Shown here: in pieces, positions 25,139 to 32,000 of the stretch | Layout of the letters: every line of letters begins with the position of its first letter | Position numbering within the stretch: the first letter of the stretch is position 1 | Position numbers and translations under genes: made by a program | Notes under the pieces: generated by a model | Database searches by the model: none | Told to the model about the DNA's origin: nothing | What the model saw: only the letters and a program-made list of their open reading frames with translations | Origin: Ignicoccus hospitalis KIN4/I | GTDB lineage: Archaea > Thermoproteota > Thermoprotei_A > Sulfolobales > Ignicoccaceae | Direction: 5' to 3' | DNA length: 32,000 nt | Assembly (NCBI RefSeq): GCF_000017945.1 | Contig: NC_009776.1 | Coordinates: 1,200,001-1,232,000 of the forward strand

Positions 25139-26574
25139 GCGAGAGTATGGACTTCTCCCGCATGATGCAAATGTTAATGTCTCAAAAGACGAGCATAGAC
25201 GAAGCGATAAAGAAGGCCATGAAAAAGGTAGACGCAGTGATGATACATTACATCGAGGACTGCTTGAACTGCGGCACGTGTTCGCCCGCTTGTCCCTACT
25301 TCGTGGCGGGGCCGCAGTACAGCCCGGTCAACAAGGCAGAGGAGCTGAGGAAGATCTACCGCAGAGAGATGACCATACTGGGGAGACTGTTAGGCCCGCT
25401 GGTGGGCGCGGACAAGCCTAAGACTGAGGAAGACATGAAGAGGCTAATGGACCTCGTATACGCTTGTACCAACTGCGGCCACTGCTACTACACTTGCACC
25501 GTAGGCATACACAGCGGAACTATGATAGGACTGCTGAAGAGCATACTCACAGAAGCCGGCTACGTCCCCACCCTGCTGAACTTGTTCGAAGCCATAGAAG
25601 TTCAGAACATGCACATGAAGATACCGGGCCTAAAGAAGGTCTGGGAAGACGCCCTCAAGGAGGCGCAAGAGAAGTACGGGGAAATAGAGTTCGACAAGCC
25701 TAACGTCGACGTATTCTTCTTGAGTTGGTTGACGGACGCTATGATGATGAGGGAAGGCTTCATAGCCACCATCGGAATATTGAACAAGCTAAAGGAAGCC
25801 GGGCTCATCACTTGGACCACGTGGAGGGAGCCGCTGGGCATAAGGTCCCCGATCTCGGTGGTCATCGGTAGGAGCGAGAACGCGGCCGCCGTAATGAGGA
25901 GGATAGTAGAATACATAGAGAAGATAAAGCCCAAGTATGTAGTAATGATGGACGGCGGCTTCACCTACCCAACCTTCAGGTTCACCATGTACCCCACTAT
26001 AGTCAAGATACTGGGGAAGAAGCCGGAGTGGAAAGTCATACACATCACGGAGCTCTTGGCCATGCTGCTCAGAGAAGGGAAGATAGCATTCAAACAAGTT
26101 AACGAGCCCATAACGTGGCACGACCCCTGCCAGATGGGCAGACACTCCAGGGTGTTCGAGCCGCCCAGGGAGCTGCTCAAGGCGGCGAGCAAGGGTTACA
26201 GGGACCTGCCCCACAACAGGGAGATGAACTACTGCTGCGGAGGAGGGGGAGGCATAGGCTGTATACTTAGAGAAGTGAGGGTTATGATGGGCCAGCTAGT
26301 GGGCCAAGAGATAAGGCTGCCGCCGGACGAGGAGGAGTTCGAGAGGAGGATCGAGGAGCGCTTGAAGCTAGCAACCCGTAGGAAGGTGGACGACATAGCG
26401 AAGAGCGGCGCCAAGCTGGTGCTAACCGCTTGTCCGGCGTGCATAGAGACCATACAGAGAGGGATAAATTGGCACGGCAAGGACTACGGCATAGAAGACG
26501 TGCAAGTGAAGCACATATCCGAGTACTTGGTGGACAAGCTAATAGCCCCCGCTCCCAGCAAGCCTGCTCATTAA
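25135..26574 (+). CDS. isp2: HdrD/DsrK/Isp2-like iron-sulfur protein with CCG domain
   Basis: CLNCGTCSPACPYF and CTNCGHCYYTCTVG (2[4Fe-4S]); HDPCQMGRH...MNYCCGGGGGIGC...TACPACIETI (CCG domain). Start overlaps isp1 stop (ATGA). Confidence 0.88.
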   Translation: MSESMDFSRMMQMLMSQKTSIDEAIKKAMKKVDAVMIHYIEDCLNCGTCSPACPYFVAGPQYSPVNKAEELRKIYRREMTILGRLLGPLVGADKPKTEEDMKRLMDLVYACTNCGHCYYTCTVGIHSGTMIGLLKSILTEAGYVPTLLNLFEAIEVQNMHMKIPGLKKVWEDALKEAQEKYGEIEFDKPNVDVFFLSWLTDAMMMREGFIATIGILNKLKEAGLITWTTWREPLGIRSPISVVIGRSENAAAVMRRIVEYIEKIKPKYVVMMDGGFTYPTFRFTMYPTIVKILGKKPEWKVIHITELLAMLLREGKIAFKQVNEPITWHDPCQMGRHSRVFEPPRELLKAASKGYRDLPHNREMNYCCGGGGGIGCILREVRVMMGQLVGQEIRLPPDEEEFERRIEERLKLATRRKVDDIAKSGAKLVLTACPACIETIQRGINWHGKDYGIEDVQVKHISEYLVDKLIAPAPSKPAH

Positions 26575-27078
26575 CCTCTTTTTGCACACCTCACAAAACG
26601 CCGCCTCCTTCTCGTCCACCTCTAGTATTGAGTTAGAGAAGCTCATAACGCACCTAGGGTTGGGGCAGTGGGGGAGGCCCAGCAGGTGGCCCAGCTCGTG
26701 TAGGACTTCCTTTTCTACTCTTTTCAAGAACTTCTCCTCGTCCGGGAGCCAGCCGTAGAACTCGTTCCTCAACCTCGCTAGGAAGACCCCTCCCACCCCG
26801 AGGGCCGGGAGCGCTACCCCAAAGACGAAGTTGAGGCCCTCCTCGTAGCCGTCCGCGTCTATGAGGTATAAGGTTAAGAACCCGTCAACCCTCCCCAAGG
26901 TCTTTAACAGCTCCGAGGCCAAGTACTGCCTCCTCTTCCAATTGTAAGCCTCGAGGTTGGGTTGAAGCTTGTGGTAGTCTATTAGGACGGGCAAGCCGGT
27001 CTCCCTAATTATTGCCTCTTTCGCCCTCACGAGCGCTTCCGTGGAGACGTCGCCCACCCTCCGGAGCAGTACCTTCAA
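26539..27078 (-). CDS. amzA: Archaemetzincin family zinc metalloprotease
   Basis: LHELGHLLGLPHCPNPRCVMSFSNSILEVDEKEAAFCEVCKKRL matches HExxHxxGxxHCx4CxMx17CxxC. Confidence 0.93.
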   Translation of the reverse strand: MKVLLRRVGDVSTEALVRAKEAIIRETGLPVLIDYHKLQPNLEAYNWKRRQYLASELLKTLGRVDGFLTLYLIDADGYEEGLNFVFGVALPALGVGGVFLARLRNEFYGWLPDEEKFLKRVEKEVLHELGHLLGLPHCPNPRCVMSFSNSILEVDEKEAAFCEVCKKRLMSRLAGSGGY

Positions 27079-27118
27079 AGTTCCCGTCCCTTCGTCCCCT
27101 TCGTCGTGGGAGAGTATA

Positions 27119-27964
27119 ATGGCTCAACCCCCCTTGGTCTTCGGCGGGCGGCTAGAGGAGGGCTCGCCCTACGCGGTGTTAGGGGTACCTCTGGAGCACG
27201 GGCCCACGTTTAGGGAAGGCACCCGGTGGGCCCCGTTAGAAGTTCGCAAGGCCTCCAACTACATCGAGTTTAGGTGTGAGCTCAGCGGCTCGGACGCGGA
27301 CCTCCTCGGGTTTTACGACTTGGGCGACGTCCCCGTGGTCAACGACGTGAAGGAGTCCTTAAAGCTCGTCGAGGCTGAAGTAAGCTCGACTAAGAAAGTT
27401 CCTTTGATAATAGGGGGCGAACATACCCTCACTTACGCCGCGCTAAAGGCCTTGAGGCCCGACTGCCTAGTGGTCTTCGACGCCCACTTGGACGCGAGGG
27501 ACGAGTACGCGGGAGACCCTTGGAGCCACGCGAGCTGGCTCAGGAGGGCGCTGGAGGAGCTCGAGCTCTCGAGGGTGGCGGTAGCCGGGGCCAGGGCGTA
27601 CGTCGAGGAGGAGGCCCGGTTCCTAGGGAAGAGAGGAGTGTTGTTCGGGAAAGACTTGAGAGGATTTTTAAAAAGGTACTTGAGGGGGTGCAAGTCGATA
27701 TACGTAAGCTTGGACATGGACTACTTCGACCCCTCGGTGGTCCCCGGAGTCTCCAACCCGGAGCCGGGGGGAGCGACGTTCTCGGACTTCTTAGAGCACG
27801 TAAAAGAGTTGCAACACTTGCCCTTAGCCGGCGCGGACGTGGTGGAGCTCTCCCCGCCCTACGACCCCTCCGGGGTCAGCGCGGTCTACGCCGCGAGGGC
27901 CCTCATAGAGTTAGCTACTTCTTTGAGACCTCTTTCTCGATCTCCTCTAAGTCCATCTCGTTGA
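27119..27964 (+). CDS. speB: Agmatinase/arginase (ureohydrolase) family protein
   Basis: [59 protein letters not shown]; ATG at 27119 preferred over the track start 27041. Confidence 0.88.
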   Translation: MAQPPLVFGGRLEEGSPYAVLGVPLEHGPTFREGTRWAPLEVRKASNYIEFRCELSGSDADLLGFYDLGDVPVVNDVKESLKLVEAEVSSTKKVPLIIGGEHTLTYAALKALRPDCLVVFDAHLDARDEYAGDPWSHASWLRRALEELELSRVAVAGARAYVEEEARFLGKRGVLFGKDLRGFLKRYLRGCKSIYVSLDMDYFDPSVVPGVSNPEPGGATFSDFLEHVKELQHLPLAGADVVELSPPYDPSGVSAVYAARALIELATSLRPLSRSPLSPSR

Positions 27965-28877
27965 GGACCTTCATTATCTCCTTGTACCTGTTTCTCACAG
28001 TGACCTCGGTTACTCCGGCAACGTTCGCTATCTCCTTCTGCGTCCTCCTTTCGCCCTTCTGCATGACAGCTATGTATATCACTGCCGCCGCTATGCCCGC
28101 GGGGTCCTTTCCGGCGGTTATCGGGTGCCCCTTTATCTTTTCCATGATCTTCATGGCGTATTCTATTATATCGCCCCTGAGCTTGAGGGCCTCGCCTATT
28201 CTGGGTATGTGGTCCATTGCGTCGGCGATGGGCACCTTTAGTTTGAGCTCTTTAGTTATAAGCCTGTAACACCTGGCCACTTCTTTCCTATTCACCTCCA
28301 ACTTCTTAGCTATCTCGTCCAAGGTGCGCGGTTGGTGGTGGATCCTACAAGCGGCATATATTACAGCCGCTACTACGGACTCTATGCTCCTCCCCCTAAC
28401 GAGGCCCTTCTCCACGGCCTTCCTATAGATTACCGCCGCCTCTTCCTTGATCTGTTTCGGGAGGTTCAAGAGGTTTGCCATCCTGTCGAGCTCGTTCATA
28501 GCTATAGTTAGGTTCCTATCCATACCCGTCTGGATGCGCGCCCTGAGCTGCCACTTCCTAAGCCTCTGGACTTCTTGCCTCTTCCTAGGGCTTAGGCGCT
28601 TCCCTAACGCGTCCCGATCCCTATGATCTATAACCGTGGACAAGCCGTGGTCGTGGAGGGTGGGAGAGAGGGGGGCGCCGGTCCTACCCCTCCTTTCCCT
28701 CTCCTCGGGGGTGAAGGCCCTCCACTCGGGGCCTTGGTCCACGTACCGGTCCAGCACTATGGTACCGCAACGGGCGCACACGTACTCCCCGGTCTCCTCG
28801 TTGAAGACTATGTCGGTGCTCCCGCACACGGGGCAACGGAGCCTAAAAGCCTCCTGTTCGGGCAACCTAGCCCACAC
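27915..28877 (-). CDS. tfb: Transcription initiation factor IIB (TFB)
   Basis: [28 protein letters not shown] zinc ribbon; two cyclin-like repeats ([29 protein letters not shown]..., [20 protein letters not shown]-type) ending [22 protein letters not shown]. Confidence 0.95.
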   Translation of the reverse strand: MWARLPEQEAFRLRCPVCGSTDIVFNEETGEYVCARCGTIVLDRYVDQGPEWRAFTPEERERRGRTGAPLSPTLHDHGLSTVIDHRDRDALGKRLSPRKRQEVQRLRKWQLRARIQTGMDRNLTIAMNELDRMANLLNLPKQIKEEAAVIYRKAVEKGLVRGRSIESVVAAVIYAACRIHHQPRTLDEIAKKLEVNRKEVARCYRLITKELKLKVPIADAMDHIPRIGEALKLRGDIIEYAMKIMEKIKGHPITAGKDPAGIAAAVIYIAVMQKGERRTQKEIANVAGVTEVTVRNRYKEIMKVLNEMDLEEIEKEVSKK

Positions 28878-28997
28878 CCCTTTTACTCGTTTCGTTGATT
28901 ACACGACCCTAGATATTTATAAATTTTACGCATGAGGTGTACTATCTCTAAGCGAAGGATAGGAGGGGGTAGGAGCCCCGCAGACCCCTCGCGGGTG

Positions 28998-29145
28998 TGG
29001 TGGGCCCGGGGGGATTTGAACCCCCGACCTACGGGTCTCTCCTACACGGGTCACCGCTCCAGACCGCGATCATCGCCTCGCGGCTCTTCCAGACCCGTAG
29101 ATTTCGTCTGGAGCCCGCCGCTCTGCCTGGCTGAGCTACGGGCCC
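28998..29145 (-). tRNA. tRNA-Trp (anticodon CCA) with a 71-nt intron at 29037-29107 (canonical 37/38 position); 3' CCA encoded
   Basis: Exon 1 29145-29108 (GGGCCCGTAGCTCAGCCAGGCAGAGCGGCGGGCTCCAG), exon 2 29036-29001 (ACCCGTAGGTCGGGGGTTCAAATCCCCCCGGGCCCA), CCA 29000-28998. Bulge-helix-bulge core: CTCC/GGAG 4-bp helix flanked by AG|A bulges. Confidence 0.93.
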
Positions 29146-29190
29146 ACCAGATTTCATCCGTGTTGTACGTATGACCGGGGTTTAAAATGC

Positions 29191-29991
29191 TTAACAGCAC
29201 GCCTTCTTTATGAGGAGAGCGCTCACTTCTTCCGCCTCCTCCACCCCTAGCCCCTTCAAGTTGGAGGCGAACAGCTCCCTACCGGCCTCCACGCCTCTGC
29301 ACAAGGCCCTCCTCAGCCCTCGGGCGGGGAGCCATATCACGGCGTCCAGGTTCAAGGTCTTCATTCCGGCCTCCCTCGCTGCGCGGGCCCACGTCCTCAC
29401 CGCCTCGTCCCGCTTTGCTCCCATTATCTCTTCGACCGTGCCCTCTACGAGTCCGGAGGCGCAAGTCACCGTCGCCACCCTACTGTCCACGGGTACGGGC
29501 ACGTCCCCCTCGGCCTCGACGCCGGCGGCCTTGAACGCGTAGTAGGCCATTTTAGAGGCGAACACCACGGTCTTCTCCGTACCCTTAGCTCCTAGGACCC
29601 TCGCGAGCTCTTGCCTTAACGCGTCCAAGTCCTTGTACCTCAAGGGGTTTGCAGAAACCCTCTCCAAGAACTCCTTGACCCTCTCTACCCTCCTCACCTT
29701 CTGCTCCTTCAACGCGACGTTGTACCTACTCTTTTTGATGAACTTTATGAGGTTCTCTACGGTTGGTTCGTGGGAGCTGAAGAACTCCCCGAACTCCGTC
29801 CAGTACTCCTCCCCAGTCCCCTTGAGCCTGTAGCTGACGAGCGCGTTGCCCACCACGACCCCTAAGGACGCGAGCCCGTGCCTTTGTACTACCTTCTTTA
29901 TTGCCTTCAACTGGGGATCCTTACTCTCTATCTGATCAACGTACTTCTTCAAAATAGAGAGGGCTTTTACGACGTCCTCCAACTCACGCAC
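29191..29991 (-). CDS. Archaeal GO glycosylase (AGOG; 8-oxoguanine N-glycosylase/DNA lyase)
   Basis: GLASLGVVVGNALVSYRLKGTGEEYWTEFGEFF, LGAKGTEKTVVFASKMAYYAFKAAG and PVPVDSRVATVTCASGL pattern of the AGOG family. Confidence 0.82.
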   Translation of the reverse strand: MRELEDVVKALSILKKYVDQIESKDPQLKAIKKVVQRHGLASLGVVVGNALVSYRLKGTGEEYWTEFGEFFSSHEPTVENLIKFIKKSRYNVALKEQKVRRVERVKEFLERVSANPLRYKDLDALRQELARVLGAKGTEKTVVFASKMAYYAFKAAGVEAEGDVPVPVDSRVATVTCASGLVEGTVEEIMGAKRDEAVRTWARAAREAGMKTLNLDAVIWLPARGLRRALCRGVEAGRELFASNLKGLGVEEAEEVSALLIKKACC

Positions 29992-31234
29992 CGAACTTCT
30001 TGGCTCTGTTGGAGTAGTTCAACATCAAATTTATTAAGTCGCGGCCGCGGATCCTCAAGATCCCCTTCCTAACGGCACGCTCGTTATATTCAACGGCCTC
30101 GTCGGGTATGAGAGTGGGGGCGTATAGCAGTACGGGCACCGGGTCTCCGGTGTGTTCCTTCACAGTCACGGGCGTCGCGTGGTCGGGGGTGACGGCGAAC
30201 ACCGCCTCCCCGTCGTAGTAATCCAACAAGTAGCCCAAGACGTAGTCCAACGCCTCTATCATTTTAATTTTGTTCTCCACATCCCCGTCGTGGGAGGCGG
30301 CGTCCGTGCCCTTTATGTGGACGAAGACCATGTCGTAGTCCTTGAGGAGCTCGACGGCCGTCCTAGCCTTGCTCTTGTAGTCCGTGTTAACGCCGCCGGT
30401 GGCTCCCGGAGGCACTATCACGTCCATGCCCACCGCCCGGGCTACTCCTAGGACGAGGGCGGTCGCTCCTACAGCTGCAGCTTTGATGCCGTACCTCTCT
30501 TGCAAGGTGGGCAATTTCTTTCTCATCATTCCGGCCCCTCTGAGCAACACTATGTTAGCCGGAGGAAGGCCCTTTTCGACCCTCCTCTTGTTGGCCGGGT
30601 GGTCCTTGAGTATTTGGTAGCTCCTAAAGGTAATTTCATTAATCACTCTTGCAGTCTTCTTGGCCTCGGGGGTGTCCCTCAAGGGCCTCGCCTCCTGGAC
30701 GGGCTTGCCCACCTCGTGAGGGTCCGTGTCGCTGACCTCGTCGCTGAGGCCCTCCCCTTTCAAGACCACGGCCACTCGGTGCTCCGTGGCGTGGTAGAAC
30801 CTTACCTTAACGCCCTCTACTTCGCTGAGCTCCTCGTTCAAAGCTTTCACGAGTTCCTCCGCCTCCGGCAAGTACCTTCCGGCCCTCCGGTCCACTACGA
30901 CGAGACGGCCTCCCCTCTCCTCAACCGTGGCGAAGTTTCCTCTGAGGGCCACGTCCCCCGGGCCGACCTCTGCTCCCACGCCCAAGGCCTCGAAGGGCCC
31001 CCTCCCCTCGTACCACTCGAAGGGGTCCAGCCCGAAGAGCGCCAAGTGGGCGGTGTCGCTCCCGGGAGGGACGCCGGGGGCTATCACGTCCATCAGGCCC
31101 GCTTGGCCCCTCCTCGCCGCTTCGTCCAGGTTGGGGGTGCTGGCGACCTCCAGCGGGGTCTTGTTACCCAAGGACGGCACCAAACGGTCGCCCATGCCGT
31201 CCCCTACGATTAACACCATCTTCAACTGCTTCAA
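29984..31234 (-). CDS. apgM: 2,3-bisphosphoglycerate-independent phosphoglycerate mutase, archaeal type
   Basis: MVLIVGDGMGDRLVPSLGNKTPLEVASTPNLDEAARRGQAG, PGSDTAHLALFG, ATALVLGVARAVGMDVIVPPGATGG, VHIKGTDAASHDGDVENKIKMIE, AVTPDHATPV. Confidence 0.93.
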   Translation of the reverse strand: MKQLKMVLIVGDGMGDRLVPSLGNKTPLEVASTPNLDEAARRGQAGLMDVIAPGVPPGSDTAHLALFGLDPFEWYEGRGPFEALGVGAEVGPGDVALRGNFATVEERGGRLVVVDRRAGRYLPEAEELVKALNEELSEVEGVKVRFYHATEHRVAVVLKGEGLSDEVSDTDPHEVGKPVQEARPLRDTPEAKKTARVINEITFRSYQILKDHPANKRRVEKGLPPANIVLLRGAGMMRKKLPTLQERYGIKAAAVGATALVLGVARAVGMDVIVPPGATGGVNTDYKSKARTAVELLKDYDMVFVHIKGTDAASHDGDVENKIKMIEALDYVLGYLLDYYDGEAVFAVTPDHATPVTVKEHTGDPVPVLLYAPTLIPDEAVEYNERAVRKGILRIRGRDLINLMLNYSNRAKKFGA

Positions 31235-31311
31235 GGCGCTCGCTCCGATACTTAGACGCTCGGCGCTGTATTATTATCCTCTGGCTCAGAGGAGGGAAGC
31301 GGAAGAGGACC

Positions 31312-32000
31312 TTGAGGCCCAGGACTCCCGAGGGACCTAGGTTTCTGAGGTCGGACGGGACGCCGGACAAGGCTACGAGGATACATAAGGAGGCTAAGTG
31401 GTTGGACTTCGCTCACCCTCCCGAGGCGTTGCACTCCCCCAACAGCACGCTCCGCGCCGCGCTGCTGGAGTTCTTGGCGACTCACAGGCTGAACATCATA
31501 GTAGTAGACGGCGACAAGTACGTGGGCGTAGCAACTCTTCCCCGCTTGGCGGCTACGGTAGCGCTCTGGAGGGAGAGGGAGGCGCCGATATACAAGATCT
31601 TGCTAGAGGGCATTAAGAGAATAGAAGAGAAGGTAGCCCCCGTGGCGGACGGGATGGGAGATAAGGAGGTCGCAGAGGTTTTGAGCTCCCTCCCCCCGTC
31701 CGTGGACGAAGTGCCAGTAGTCAAGGAAGAGAAGGTAGTGGGGGTGCTCAGAGTTAGAGAGGTTTTGCTTAGGGGAAGCGTTGACGTTCCCGTAGGCTCC
31801 TTAGCGGAGCCCCTGCCTTCTGTGGGCAGCGTAGGGGAGGCGTTAATGGAGATGGAGAACAAGGACTTACCGGTCGTAATGGTGGGTGACAGGGTTTTGG
31901 ACGCGAGGGACGTAGCGAGGCGCATATGGGAGGAGAGGACGGAAGAAATAGGAAGGGTGAGGTTCGAGGACTTATTGACGGAGCCCTACGAAGTATTTAA
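31312..32000 (+). CDS. Possible CBS-domain-containing protein (truncated by right edge)
   Basis: Own translation from TTG 31312: LRPRTPEGPRFLRSDGTPDKATRIHKEAKWLDFAHPPEALHSPNSTLRAALLEFLATHRLNIIVVDGDKYVGVATLPRL...VPVVKEEKVVGVLRVREVLLRG...SVGEALMEMENKDLPVVMVGDRVLDARDVARRIWEERTEEIGRVRF. Repeated 'xPVVxxxxxVGVxxxxxV' CBS-like units. Absent from the track because there is no stop in the window. Confidence 0.6.
   Translation, partial: MRPRTPEGPRFLRSDGTPDKATRIHKEAKWLDFAHPPEALHSPNSTLRAALLEFLATHRLNIIVVDGDKYVGVATLPRLAATVALWREREAPIYKILLEGIKRIEEKVAPVADGMGDKEVAEVLSSLPPSVDEVPVVKEEKVVGVLRVREVLLRGSVDVPVGSLAEPLPSVGSVGEALMEMENKDLPVVMVGDRVLDARDVARRIWEERTEEIGRVRFEDLLTEPYEVF

Noticed and set aside
24304-25421. 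Arg/His-rich plus-strand ORFs 24304-24891 and 25125-25421
   Set aside because: Out-of-frame readings of the isp1 and isp2 genes.
31482-31925. Minus-strand 147-aa ORF
   Set aside because: Antisense to an open plus-strand frame (31312 to edge) with better, CBS-like protein character.
1-32000. CRISPR arrays, defence islands, transposases, integrases, toxin-antitoxin pairs
   Set aside because: I found no regularly spaced repeats, no terminal inverted repeats with a transposase and no integrase or cas motifs. The three tRNA genes show no duplicated 3' ends that would indicate integration sites.

Overview
The window looks like ordinary chromosomal DNA from a hyperthermophilic crenarchaeote, most likely Ignicoccus or a close relative. 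This inference rests on the Lys-lacking ETHTP superoxide reductase, an octaheme c-type cytochrome, an archaeal TFB and an AGOG glycosylase. Gene packing is dense. I see three tRNA genes: Pro(TGG), Leu(GAG), and Trp(CCA) with a 71-nt intron. I find no CRISPR array, transposon, phage or plasmid module. Main contents: Lhr-like helicase (left edge), superoxide reductase, nadC-nadX, a large MMPL/RND transporter, GTP cyclohydrolase III, a RaSEA-like radical SAM protein fused to a DUF5591/ArcS-like domain, TldD/PmbA, pyrF, a secreted octaheme cytochrome, a PUA + PP-loop + 2[4Fe-4S] protein, ROK kinase, TetR/Hsp20, YchF, a four-gene membrane [NiFe]-hydrogenase operon (small, large, Isp1/NarI-like cytochrome b, Isp2/HdrD-like), archaemetzincin, an agmatinase-family protein, TFB, AGOG, apgM, and an edge-truncated possible CBS protein. 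The most interesting items are the RaSEA-DUF5591 fusion, the tRNA-Trp intron with 13 nt antisense to the ligated exon junction, repeated TTTACC half-sites around the hydrogenase promoter and the isp1 leader, the Cys-to-Asp change in the proximal-cluster motif of the hydrogenase small subunit, the PUA/PP-loop/ferredoxin fusion, and the octaheme cytochrome.
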